DNA of 64,000 nucleotides, from NCBI GenBank assembly GCA_964636405.1, contig CAZWSI010000011.1, positions 62 through 64,061 on the forward strand. The letters are read 5' to 3'. Below are positions 1-8,891 of the stretch, piece after piece. The position numbers and the translations under genes were made by a program. The notes beneath the pieces were generated by a model, which saw only the letters and a list, made by a program, of their open reading frames with translations, searched no databases and was not told where the DNA came from. The stretch comes from an uncultured Oscillospiraceae bacterium. GTDB taxonomy: Bacteria; Bacillota; Clostridia; Christensenellales; CAG-138. Position 1 is the first letter of the stretch; each line of letters opens with the position of its first letter.

Positions 1-25
1 ACAACTCAATAGGTTTTCGTAATTT

Positions 26-110
26 GGATGGGTTCCCGAGCGGCCAAAGGGAGCGGACTGTAAATCCGTTGTCACAGACTACGATGGTTCGAATCCATCC
101 CCATCCACCA
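26..110 (+). tRNA. tRNA-Tyr (anticodon GTA)
   Basis: 85-nt cloverleaf. Acceptor GGATGGG/CCCATCC, anticodon loop CTGTAAA, long variable arm, T-arm GATGG-TTCGAAT-CCATC, encoded CCA end. Confidence 0.9.
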
Positions 111-114
111 AATT

Positions 115-201
115 GCGGGAATGGCGGAATTGGCAGACGCGCACGGTTCAGGTCCGTGTGAAAGCAATTTCATGCAGGTTCAAGTCCTGTTTCCCGCACC
201 A
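115..201 (+). tRNA. tRNA-Leu (anticodon CAG)
   Basis: 87-nt cloverleaf. Acceptor GCGGGAA/TTCCCGC, anticodon stem CACGG/CCGTG with loop TTCAGGT, long variable arm, T-loop TTCAAGT, encoded CCA. Confidence 0.9.
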
Positions 202-204
202 CTT

Positions 205-240
205 CGGAGCAAGCCGCATGTCGCTTGCTCCGGTTTTTTT
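205..240 (+). terminator. Intrinsic terminator after the tRNA pair
   Basis: 10-bp perfect stem CGGAGCAAGC/GCTTGCTCCG with an 8-nt loop, followed by a run of 7 T. Confidence 0.75.
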
Positions 241-409
241 GCGAAAAACGGGCTGAGTATGAGCACAGAAAGCGCGGCCACCCTCCGAAACGACTGAGCG
301 GCGTATCGAACATCCGATAAGGGAAAGGCATTTGAAAACTTTACGCGCCTATGTTACACTGTTTTTTATAGTCGGCAGTCAAATCAAAATGGTAAAGGAA
401 GTGACGCAA

Positions 410-1177
410 ATGGAGAACGAACGGCCATTTTTCATACAATTACTTATTGAAACGCACGCCGGGTTGAACCGTCAGGGCCCGGGAAGTCCAGAGGCGACTC
501 AAAAAGCGCTTTCTTTCCTCGAACCGCTCGGCCGGTTTTCTCAGGTTGCGGATCTAGGCTGTGGAACCGGCGGACAGACCTTGTTTCTGGCGCAAAATGT
601 ATCTGGCGCGATTACCGGGTTAGATCTGTTCCCGGATTTTATTGACATACTTGATCAAAACGCGCAAAGGCAGAATTTGGGACAACGGGTAAAGGGCGTC
701 GTGGGCTCTATGGATGATTTGCCTTTTGAAAGGGATTCGTTTGACTTAATCTGGTCGGAAGGCGCGATTGATAATATCGGGTTTGAAAAAGGGCTTTCCC
801 ATTGGCGCAGTTTTCTCAGAAAGAACGGTTGTGTTGCCGTTACCGCTCCGTCCTGGCTTACAAACGAGCGCCCAAGTGTCGTTGAAAAGTTCTGGACTGA
901 CGCGGGCAGCGGTTTGGAAGCGATTGGGACAAATGTTGAGATCATGCAAAAATGCGGTTATCAATTCATTGCGTCCTTTGCATTGCCGGAATACTGCTGG
1001 ACAGAGAATTATTTTGCTCCTCGTGAAGCGGCCATACAGGCGCTTCTGAAGAAATACGCGGGAAATAAAACCATGGAGGAATATGCCGCGCAAAACCAAC
1101 AGGAAGTGGAATTGTATTCAAAGTACAAGCAATATTACGGTTATGTGTTTTACCTCGGACGGGTTATGACCAGATGA
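410..1177 (+). CDS. Class I SAM-dependent methyltransferase
   Basis: ORF 332..1177. SAM-binding motif I VADLGCGTGGQTLFLA. Start chosen at ATG 410 (MENERPFF), preceded by AAAGGAAG 8-10 nt upstream; the TTG at 332 and ATG at 389 are alternatives. Noticeably lower GC than its neighbours. Confidence 0.8.
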   Translation: MENERPFFIQLLIETHAGLNRQGPGSPEATQKALSFLEPLGRFSQVADLGCGTGGQTLFLAQNVSGAITGLDLFPDFIDILDQNAQRQNLGQRVKGVVGSMDDLPFERDSFDLIWSEGAIDNIGFEKGLSHWRSFLRKNGCVAVTAPSWLTNERPSVVEKFWTDAGSGLEAIGTNVEIMQKCGYQFIASFALPEYCWTENYFAPREAAIQALLKKYAGNKTMEEYAAQNQQEVELYSKYKQYYGYVFYLGRVMTR

Positions 1178-1271
1178 GACCCATGCTGCCACAAAAGCCC
1201 GAATTGCTTACGGAATACGAATAAGGCCCACTAAGGTCACGGGGCGGGAAAGCCTTCTGCCCCGCCCTGCC

Positions 1272-1313
1272 GCAAACAAGAGCGGAGCCAGGCGTTGCTT
1301 GCCCGGCTCCGCT
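1272..1313 (-). terminator. Hairpin terminator downstream of valS (possibly bidirectional)
   Basis: 9-bp stem AGCGGAGCC/GGCTCCGCT (1281-1289 / 1305-1313). On the minus strand it is followed by CTTGTTTGCG. Confidence 0.5.
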
Positions 1314-1320
1314 TCGCTGT

Positions 1321-3957
1321 TTATCCGTCCAGCTCCTCAAGGCGACGGCTCAGCTTCATGCGCATATCCTCCGCAGCAGCCATCTTGTCCCGCTCGGCTT
1401 GCACCACGGCGGCGGGCGCCTTGCCGGTGAACTTCTCGTTGGAAAGCTTGCCCTCCGCGCGCGCAATCTCCCCCGCCAGCCGCTCGATTTCCTTTTTCAG
1501 GCGCTCGCGCTCCTTATCAAGATCCACAAGCGTGGCAAGAGGAAGAAACGCCTGCGCAAGCGCTGTGACCAGGTGCACGTCGCTTTTCAGCGTCTCGCCC
1601 ACTTCGCTTTGCAGCGTAATGCTCTCAGCGCCAATAAGCCGCGTCAGGCTCGGCAAAAGCGTTTCAAAGGCCGCGCGCGCGTCCGCCCGCGCCACAAGGC
1701 GCATACCGATTTTTTGCGAGGGCGCAAGCTTCATCTCGGCGCGCAGATTGCGCGTTTGCCGCACAAGATCCATGGCGGATTCCATGAACGCGCATTCCTC
1801 CGAAAAACGCAGCGCCTCGTCCTGCCTTGGCCAGCTCGAGCGCATGATCGTTTCCTCTGCACCGGGCAGGTTTTGATACAGCTCCTCCGTAATAAACGGC
1901 ATGAAGGGGTGGAGAAGCTGCATGGAGGTTCTCAGCACATGCACGAGCACGGCGGAAACATCGCGCTTGGCTTCCGCGTCGTCCCCGTAGAGCCGAGCTT
2001 TGGCCAGCTCAATGTACCAATCGCAGTATTCGTTCCAAATGAACTCATACACCTTTTGCGAGGCAAGGCCAAGCTCGTAGGCATCGATATTCGCGCTCAC
2101 TTCGCCGATGAGCTCGTTTAAACGGTGCAGAATCCAGCGGTCGGAGGGCGTAAGGCGCGCCACGGGCGGCAGCGCGAGCGCCGTTTCGTCAATGCCCATG
2201 CGCACAAAGCGCGCCGCGTTGTAAATTTTGTTGCAGAAGTTCGCGCCGGACTCCACCTTTTCCCAATAGAAGCGCATGTCGTTGCCGGCCGACACGCCCG
2301 CAAGCAGCGAAAAACGCAGCGCGTCCGCGCCGTACTTTTCGATCACCTCGATGGGATCGATTCCGTTGCCCAGCGACTTGGACATCTTACGCCCCTCAGA
2401 ATCCCGCATAATACCGTGCACGCACACCGTGTCGAAGGGGATATCCCCCATCACCTCCAGCCCGAAGGTGATCATGCGCGACACCCAGAAGGTGATGATA
2501 TCATATCCCGTCACAAGCGTGGCGGTGGGATAAAAATAGCGCAGTTCCGGCGTATCCTCCGGGTAACCCAGCGTGGAAAACGGCCAAAGGCCCGAGGAAA
2601 ACCAGGTGTCCAGCACGTCCTCGTCCTGCCGCAGGCGCGCGCCGCAAGCCGGGCAGGCGGTTGGTTCGCTCTCTGCTGCAAGCACCTTGCCGCACGCGTC
2701 GCAATAATACACCGGGATGCGGTGGCCCCACCAGAGCTGGCGGGAGATGCACCAATCGCGGATATTCTCCATCCAATTAAAGTAGGTTTTTTCAAAGCGC
2801 TCGGGAACAAACTTGATCCTTCTGCCGCGCACTGCCTCCAGAGCGGGCTTGGCGAGCGGCTTCATATCCACGAACCACTGCTTGGACACGATGGTTTCAA
2901 TCGTGGTATGGCAGCGGTAGCAGGTGCCCACGTTGTGCTTGTAGTCCTCCACCTTCACAAGCGCCCCGCAGGCCGTCAGATCGTCCACAATGGCCTTGCG
3001 GCACTCGTAGCGCTCCATGCCGGCGTACTTGCCGCAATCCTCATTCATGTGGCCGTCGTCGGTCATCACGCGGAGCACGGGAAGCTTTGCGCGCTGTCCC
3101 ACCTCAAAATCGTTCGGGTCGTGCCCAGGCGTGATCTTCACCGCGCCCGTGCCAAAGTCCATTTCGCAATACGCGTCCGCCACAATGGGGATTTCACGCC
3201 CCACAGCGGGCACAAGCACGGTTTTGCCCACAAGCGCCGTATAGCGCGGGTCCTCCGGGTTCACCGCAATGCCCGTATCGCCCAGGATGGTTTCGGGTCT
3301 CGTCGTTGCCACCGTAATGGAATAGCTCTTGTCCGGGGCGTCGTAGCGCACGTGCCAAAGATGCCCGGGCTGCTCCTCATATTCCACCTCCGCGTCGGAG
3401 AGCGCAGTTTTGCAATCCGGGCACCAGTTGATGATCCGATCGCCCTTGTAGATGAGGCCCTTGTTGTACAGCTCCACAAACACCTTGTTCACAGCGCGGT
3501 TACAGCCCGCGTCCATGGTGAAGCGCTCCCGCGCCCAGTCGCACGAGGAGCCCAGATAGCGAAGCTGCCGCACAATGGTCTTGCCGTACTCCTCCCGCCA
3601 GCTCCAGGCGCGTTTGAGAAAGCCCTCGCGGCCCACGTCGTTTTTGGTTAGACCCTCTTTGGCCATTTGCTCCACGATTTTGACCTCGGTGGCGATGGAC
3701 GCGTGATCCGTGCCGGGGAGCCAGAGCGTTTCATAGCCTCGCATGCGCTTATAGCGGATAATCGAATCCTGAAGTGTGTTGTCGATGGCGTGCCCCATAT
3801 GCAGCCGGCCCGTGATGTTCGGCGGCGGGATCACAATGCAGTACGGCTCCTTGTCCGGGTTCGGCTCGGCGTGAAAATAGCCGTTCCTCTCCCAGCGTTC
3901 GTACCATTTGTGCTCCACCTTCTGGTGGTCGTAGTTTTTTTCCATTTCCTTTTGCAT
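1321..3957 (-). CDS. valS: Valine--tRNA ligase
   Basis: ORF 1321..4062. HIGH-type motif PPPNITGRLHMGHA, KMSKS motif, C-terminal coiled coil. Start set at ATG 3957 (MQKEMEKNYD) with AAGGA 8 nt upstream. A T-box leader lies upstream. Confidence 0.95.
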   Translation of the reverse strand: MQKEMEKNYDHQKVEHKWYERWERNGYFHAEPNPDKEPYCIVIPPPNITGRLHMGHAIDNTLQDSIIRYKRMRGYETLWLPGTDHASIATEVKIVEQMAKEGLTKNDVGREGFLKRAWSWREEYGKTIVRQLRYLGSSCDWARERFTMDAGCNRAVNKVFVELYNKGLIYKGDRIINWCPDCKTALSDAEVEYEEQPGHLWHVRYDAPDKSYSITVATTRPETILGDTGIAVNPEDPRYTALVGKTVLVPAVGREIPIVADAYCEMDFGTGAVKITPGHDPNDFEVGQRAKLPVLRVMTDDGHMNEDCGKYAGMERYECRKAIVDDLTACGALVKVEDYKHNVGTCYRCHTTIETIVSKQWFVDMKPLAKPALEAVRGRRIKFVPERFEKTYFNWMENIRDWCISRQLWWGHRIPVYYCDACGKVLAAESEPTACPACGARLRQDEDVLDTWFSSGLWPFSTLGYPEDTPELRYFYPTATLVTGYDIITFWVSRMITFGLEVMGDIPFDTVCVHGIMRDSEGRKMSKSLGNGIDPIEVIEKYGADALRFSLLAGVSAGNDMRFYWEKVESGANFCNKIYNAARFVRMGIDETALALPPVARLTPSDRWILHRLNELIGEVSANIDAYELGLASQKVYEFIWNEYCDWYIELAKARLYGDDAEAKRDVSAVLVHVLRTSMQLLHPFMPFITEELYQNLPGAEETIMRSSWPRQDEALRFSEECAFMESAMDLVRQTRNLRAEMKLAPSQKIGMRLVARADARAAFETLLPSLTRLIGAESITLQSEVGETLKSDVHLVTALAQAFLPLATLVDLDKERERLKKEIERLAGEIARAEGKLSNEKFTGKAPAAVVQAERDKMAAAEDMRMKLSRRLEELDG

Positions 3958-4262
3958 TGTGTCCATCCTTTCGGGTTTGAAAGACGCATCTTTCAAACTT
4001 CTCACCTCAAAATACAATACGCCCGCCTCGTCAAAGGACGAAGCGGGCGCTCGCGGTACCACCTTTGTTGAACGGCAGAGCCGTTCCCCTCCATGCCTTA
4101 ACGCGGCCCACGTGCGCGGCTAAGCGAATGCCTCACCGTGCATGCTCCGAAGCGACCTTCCGCGTTTTCTCATGCCGCCGTTTCTCTCAGCCAGTGAAAA
4201 CGGCTCTCTTGGGCGGAAAACGCGTACTCCTCTCCATCAACGCATCTACCATCTACTATTGC
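3958..4262 (-). promoter_or_regulatory. T-box riboswitch leader of valS
   Basis: Minus strand carries the conserved T-box sequence CAAAGGTGGTACCGCGA (4068..4052). It is followed by an 11/12-bp terminator hairpin (4021-4048) and GUAUUGUAUUUUGAGG. Stem I elements are present: GAGAGGAGUA, AGAGA boxes, and CGCGUUUUC/GAAAACGCG pairing. A GUC (Val) codon lies in the putative specifier loop (plus 4154-4156). Confidence 0.85.
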
Positions 4263-4268
4263 TTCCAC

Positions 4269-4297
4269 AGTTTAGTCCAAGCACAAGCGCTTGTCAA
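4269..4297 (-). promoter_or_regulatory. Sigma-70-type promoter for the valS leader
   Basis: TTGACA (4297..4292), 17-nt spacer, TAAACT (4274..4269). The -35 box overlaps the TGA stop of the upstream gene. Confidence 0.6.
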
Positions 4298-6153
4298 GCG
4301 GTGATCTGCGCGTCCACCCAAACATCCATCCGCTCGGTGAGCAGATTGAAATAGGCCGGGCCAAGGTTGAGAAACGCCGTGAGATACGACCTTTGGTCGA
4401 ACGCGTCGCCCAAGTCGTTACGCGCGTCCCGCAGCATGGATGCAAACTGCGCGTAGCCGAGCGCGTACGGGAAGGCGTAAAAGGGCATTTCGACCGCCAG
4501 TGAATAATAGATGTCCGCATACGCCTCCATCTCCAGTGCGCCGAGGAATTCCTCCACACCCGCCTTGTCGTACATTTTATAATTGACCAGAATGCTGACC
4601 ATAGCGGGCAGGAGCGTGCTGGCAATGATTTCGTTATAATAGGCCACCATGCAGGCGTCCAGCGGGAAATCGCTCTGCGCGGCCAGCATGAACTCAACAG
4701 ACAGTTGCGACCACGCCTCCGAATACCCGACAAAATGCAGGATCTGCCTCGACAGGCCCAAGTTTTCCAGCGAACGGGCATACAGATACTGATACATGTG
4801 ACCGGGATACGCCTCATGCGCGTAGGTAAAGAGCATGGTGTTGTTTGCGCTTGTGGGGTTAATCAGTATCTCGTTTTGATACCAGTCGTCCACGGATGGG
4901 ATGACGTAAGCGGCGGGGTTCATCTGATTTTCCAGTTCCTCCGGCACGTCGGAGAGCGTAAGCGCATGATTCGGCATGGGCGGAAGGATTTCGCCTGTGA
5001 TGGTTTGCAGGAAGGCAAGGTCGGCCTCCGCGCTGCCCTTGGTCACGTTCAGACCGTTGACCGCGGCGTTTACATCCGAAAGCGTATTCATGTAGGTGTA
5101 CATGGATATGAGCAAATTGTACATTTCCGTGCTGAGCAGCTCCAGCGCGTCGTCCACGCTCATGTCCGTGCAGCCCTCGTCCCGCATGGCGAGCTCAAAG
5201 TAGGCAAGCGCGTCGTTGCCAAAGGCATACATACCCTCCTCCGCGCGGCAGAAGGCGGAGAGCGCTTGCAAGCCGTCGCGCAGCGTGACATACGCGTCGA
5301 TAAACGAACCCTTGATCAGGGCTTCGTTTTGTTTTTTATACGCCTCCGCTTTTTCCGCGGTAAGCCCGGCAAGCGCGTCCACCGCTTCGTTGAAGGTGCC
5401 GATCAAATAAAAGGTATCCCGCGCGTTGATGATATCGTCGCAGTCCTGCACGATATCGGAAAGCGCGGACGCCGTCATAAACATGCCGCGCGAAGCGCGC
5501 TCCTTTTCGTAATCCAAAATCTGGCCCAGAAAGCGGGGCGTGTCTGCAAGCAACAGGAGATAATTTTCCACGTCCCGTTCGCTCTCGATTTCGTAGAGCG
5601 CAAAGGACAGCGGCAGAGTCGAATGCACGCCGGAATAGTGCTCCAGGGGTTCATAATAGTAATCGTAGGCGTCTCCCGCCGTGCAAGAGGAGAGGTACTG
5701 CTCGAGCACGTCGTAGCTCATTTGCTCGCTCTCGGTGAGCGCCTCCCGTTCGATGGCGTGCAGCGCCTCAAGATACGTGCCATAGCGCGCGCAGGTCTCC
5801 GCGTCGGCCTCCTCGGAAAAATCGCCCAGCGTCATTTCGATCTCATTTTCATCGATGCCGTAGCGCGCGCCGTCCGCAATAAATTGGTGATAGGTATAGC
5901 CGTCGCTGGTTACATAATCGCGGAAAAACGCCGCGTCCAGCTCCGAAAAACGCTCGCTGGCAGATTGCACGGGCGGGGGCGCAGCCGTTGGCTGCTCAGC
6001 GGACGACGCGGCCGGCGCATCCGTGACGGCGGGCTGCGGCTTAACGGTAACGGGCGTTTCAAGCGTGGGCTCCCGCTTCTTGCACCCGCATGCAGCCAGC
6101 GCGAGCGCGAGCGACAGAAGGAGCGCAAGGGTACGAAGCATCACTTTCTTCAT
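4294..6153 (-). CDS. DUF885-family lipoprotein (putative metallopeptidase-like, HExxPGH motif)
   Basis: ORF 4294..6519. Start at ATG 6153 (MKKVMLRTLALLLSLALALAACG) with AAAGGAAG SD. Lipobox LAAC. AHEAYPGHMYQ motif typical of DUF885. Confidence 0.8.
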   Translation of the reverse strand: MKKVMLRTLALLLSLALALAACGCKKREPTLETPVTVKPQPAVTDAPAASSAEQPTAAPPPVQSASERFSELDAAFFRDYVTSDGYTYHQFIADGARYGIDENEIEMTLGDFSEEADAETCARYGTYLEALHAIEREALTESEQMSYDVLEQYLSSCTAGDAYDYYYEPLEHYSGVHSTLPLSFALYEIESERDVENYLLLLADTPRFLGQILDYEKERASRGMFMTASALSDIVQDCDDIINARDTFYLIGTFNEAVDALAGLTAEKAEAYKKQNEALIKGSFIDAYVTLRDGLQALSAFCRAEEGMYAFGNDALAYFELAMRDEGCTDMSVDDALELLSTEMYNLLISMYTYMNTLSDVNAAVNGLNVTKGSAEADLAFLQTITGEILPPMPNHALTLSDVPEELENQMNPAAYVIPSVDDWYQNEILINPTSANNTMLFTYAHEAYPGHMYQYLYARSLENLGLSRQILHFVGYSEAWSQLSVEFMLAAQSDFPLDACMVAYYNEIIASTLLPAMVSILVNYKMYDKAGVEEFLGALEMEAYADIYYSLAVEMPFYAFPYALGYAQFASMLRDARNDLGDAFDQRSYLTAFLNLGPAYFNLLTERMDVWVDAQITA

Positions 6154-6173
6154 GGTGTTTCTTCCTTTCCGAA

Positions 6174-7112
6174 TCAAGTTCGATAGAGGGCCTGGATCTC
6201 CTCGGCATTCGCCGCGCAGCCAAGCCGCGCAAGCGCCTGCGTAAAATAGGGCGGCAGAGGCGAATAAAAGGTACGCCCCTCCCCCGTCGTCGGGTGCGTA
6301 AAAAACAGCCGGTAGCCATGCAGCGCCTGCCCGGCAAGGCCAAGCGCGTTTGCAGGCGCGCCGTATACCCCGTCTCCCGCAAGCGGATGCTTGATATAAG
6401 CCATATGCACGCGAATCTGGTGCGTTCGGCCGGTGGCAAGCACCGCACGCACAAGCGTATATTGGCCAAAGCGCAATATCACGTTCCAATGCGTTTCCGC
6501 CTCGCGGCCGCCGGCGCACACGGCCATGCGCTTGCGATCGGTCGGGTGTCTGCCGATGGGCGCGCGCACCTCGCCCGCGTCCTCCCGCAAATTGCCACTT
6601 ACGAGCGCGAGATAGGAGCGCCCCGCCGCGTGCGTTTTAAACTGCGCGGCCAGAGCCTGATGCGACGCGTCGTTCTTTGCAACAACCAAAAGACCGCTCG
6701 TCATGCGGTCGATACGGTGCACAATGCCCGGGCGCAGCTCGCCGCCGACGCCGGAGAGATCGCGCACATGGTACAAAAGCGCGTTTACCAGCGTGCCGCT
6801 CGCGTGGCCCGGCGCGGGATGCACAACCATGCCCTGCGGCTTATCCACCACGAGCAACTCCGCGTCCTCATATACGATGGAGAGCGGAATGGCCTCCGGC
6901 AGGGCGGCTGTCTCCACAGGCTCCGGAATGCGCAAACGAACGCTGTCTCCCTCCGCAAGCTGGGCACTTGCGCGCGCCGCCTTGCCGTTGAGCAAGACGC
7001 AGCCCTCCGCAATGAGCTTTTGCGCGCGGGCGCGGCTCAGCTCCGTTTCGGCGGCAAGAAACGCGTCGAGCCGCATGCTTCTGTCTGCCGAAAGAAAGCG
7101 GATTTCATCCAT
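6174..7112 (-). CDS. rluD: RluA-family 23S rRNA pseudouridine synthase (RluD-like)
   Basis: ORF 6174..7181. Start at ATG 7112 (MDEIRFLSAD), overlapping the lspA stop by 8 nt. N-terminal S4-like region and catalytic motif HRIDRMTSGLLVVAKN. Confidence 0.85.
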   Translation of the reverse strand: MDEIRFLSADRSMRLDAFLAAETELSRARAQKLIAEGCVLLNGKAARASAQLAEGDSVRLRIPEPVETAALPEAIPLSIVYEDAELLVVDKPQGMVVHPAPGHASGTLVNALLYHVRDLSGVGGELRPGIVHRIDRMTSGLLVVAKNDASHQALAAQFKTHAAGRSYLALVSGNLREDAGEVRAPIGRHPTDRKRMAVCAGGREAETHWNVILRFGQYTLVRAVLATGRTHQIRVHMAYIKHPLAGDGVYGAPANALGLAGQALHGYRLFFTHPTTGEGRTFYSPLPPYFTQALARLGCAANAEEIQALYRT

Positions 7113-7602
7113 CGTTCTTTTTGTTTTGCGGAAGCGCGTCAAAAACGGAACCCTTCCTGGAAAAGAGCGCGTTGCAGACAAGCAGCGCGCAGCCGATGGT
7201 CAAGGCGCTGTCCGCGACATTAAAGACTGCGAAGTTGATGAGGCAAAAATCGAACATATCCCGCACGTAGCCCAACAGTATGCGGTCGATGAGGTTCCCC
7301 AGCGCGCCCGCGAGCAGGAGCGAGAGCACCACGCGCGAGAAGCGCGAAAGCACCTTGCGGCCGCGAATTAAATAGAAAACGAGCGCCGCGCATACCACGA
7401 TGGTCATAACGATAAAAAACCAGCGCCAGCCCTGCATGAGTCCGAAGGCCGCGCCCTGATTATGCGCGCTGGTAAAATGAAACACGCCTTTGACGACGGG
7501 TACGGAGGTTCCAAGCGGCATGAGGTAAAGATCCGTCAAGTGCTTGACAATCTGATCCGCCGCAATGATCGCGATTATGAGAATACCTTCAAGCAATAGC
7601 AT
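7105..7602 (-). CDS. lspA: Lipoprotein signal peptidase II
   Basis: 165-aa polytopic ORF with LspA-like motifs (NQGAAFG, NLIDR, FNVAD). Conserved lspA-rluD pairing. Confidence 0.9.
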   Translation of the reverse strand: MLLLEGILIIAIIAADQIVKHLTDLYLMPLGTSVPVVKGVFHFTSAHNQGAAFGLMQGWRWFFIVMTIVVCAALVFYLIRGRKVLSRFSRVVLSLLLAGALGNLIDRILLGYVRDMFDFCLINFAVFNVADSALTIGCALLVCNALFSRKGSVFDALPQNKKNDG

Positions 7603-7632
7603 ACCCTCCGCACATAACTGCCGTAACTTTCG

Positions 7633-8274
7633 TCAGTATATCACGGGCAGGGACGTTCCCGCAAGGGCGCTGCCCTCGTAAAGCGCCTGGTAGAGAGCGG
7701 TATAGTTTTCCAGCGCCGCCGCGACCTTCTTAACATAACGGTCCGTTTCGGGAAACGGAATGGAAACGAGCTTCCCGTTCTGGGCATATGCGCCATCGGA
7801 AAGCCAACCCTCCACGCTTCCGTGCCCCGCGTTGTAGGCCGCGATCATGCAGAGCACATCGCCTTCGAAGCGATTGCGCAAAAAGCGGATGTACCAGCAG
7901 GCAAAGCGGATGTTCGTTTCCGGATCGTACAGCGATGAAGCGTCGAAGGGTTCCTCGTCCAGCTTGCGCGCGATCCACTCGCCCGTGTCCGGCATGATCT
8001 GCATCAGCCCAATCGCGCCCTTTGGGCTTACGGCGTCCGGGTCGTTGCTGCTTTCGCATCGCATGATGGAGGTGACCAGGTACGGATCCAGCTCATATTC
8101 GGCCGCATATTGCGCAATCCACTCCGTATACGCGGTGGGATACTCCGCCAGCAAGCGCGCATGCTCGCGTTCCTTTCTCTCATAATCGATCCATTTATAT
8201 GCGATCAGGCCGATGGCCGCGAGAGTAAGCGCCAGCAGAGCGATGAGCAGCCCGTTTTTTGCGCGTACGCTCAT
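7633..8274 (-). CDS. Lytic transglycosylase (SLT domain), membrane-anchored
   Basis: N-terminal TM segment. SLT motifs CESSNDPDAVSPKGAIGLMQI and AAYNAG. Confidence 0.8.
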   Translation of the reverse strand: MSVRAKNGLLIALLALTLAAIGLIAYKWIDYERKEREHARLLAEYPTAYTEWIAQYAAEYELDPYLVTSIMRCESSNDPDAVSPKGAIGLMQIMPDTGEWIARKLDEEPFDASSLYDPETNIRFACWYIRFLRNRFEGDVLCMIAAYNAGHGSVEGWLSDGAYAQNGKLVSIPFPETDRYVKKVAAALENYTALYQALYEGSALAGTSLPVIY

Positions 8275-8891
8275 AGGCCCCGCCCCGTCAAAGCCGCGTA
8301 GAGCGCGTCGGTTTGTGCGTAGAGCCGGGAAAGCGTTCCGCCATTGTCAAGCACATAGTCCGCACGGGCGCGTTTCTCCGCATCCGGCATCTGTGCGCGG
8401 ATACGCGCGCGTATATCCGCCTCGTCCGCGCCGTCGCGCGCTTTTACGCGGGCGACGCGCGTCTCCTCCGGCGCGGTTACAAGCGCAACCGCATCCGTAA
8501 CCGCGTCCATTCCGCTTTCAAAAAGCAGCGGCACGTCAAGCACAACAAGCGCATCCGGCGTCTCGCACAAAATCTGCTCAGCGGAGGCGCACATGGCGTT
8601 CTTTACCTCAGGGTGAACAATCTCCTCCAGCCTTTCGCGCGCCGCTTTATTGGAAAATACAAGCGAGGCCAACGCGCCGCGGTCGATTGCGCCTTCTTTG
8701 CGCAATATTGAGGGACCGAACGCGCCGACAACGCGCGCAAAGCACGCGCCTCCTTTGTCAATCAGACGCCTCGAGACGGCGTCCGCGTCCAGTACGCGTG
8801 CCCCAAGCGCGGCAAGGCGCGCGGAGACCGTAGATTTGCCCGAGCCGATTCCGCCCGTAAGCCCCAGAATCGAAACCGTGCGTCCGCTCAT
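8271..8891 (-). CDS. coaE: Dephospho-CoA kinase
   Basis: P-loop GLTGGIGSGKST near the N-terminus, about 200 aa. 4-nt overlaps with both neighbours. Conserved polA-coaE order. Confidence 0.9.
   Translation of the reverse strand: MSGRTVSILGLTGGIGSGKSTVSARLAALGARVLDADAVSRRLIDKGGACFARVVGAFGPSILRKEGAIDRGALASLVFSNKAARERLEEIVHPEVKNAMCASAEQILCETPDALVVLDVPLLFESGMDAVTDAVALVTAPEETRVARVKARDGADEADIRARIRAQMPDAEKRARADYVLDNGGTLSRLYAQTDALYAALTGRGL

Noticed and set aside
2125-3651. Long antisense ORFs opposite real genes. Examples: 2125..3651(+), 4705..6186(+), 6090..7223(+), 18436..19782(+), 33501..35540(+), 38641..39675(-), 44463..45431(-), 44486..45745(-), 49039..50109(-), 49779..50756(-), 56901..58139(-), 58481..59509(+).
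   Set aside because: They are Arg/Ala/Gly/Pro-rich, low-complexity translations typical of stop-codon-poor frames in high-GC DNA. Each lies opposite a gene with clear family motifs, and none has an SD or a recognisable domain.
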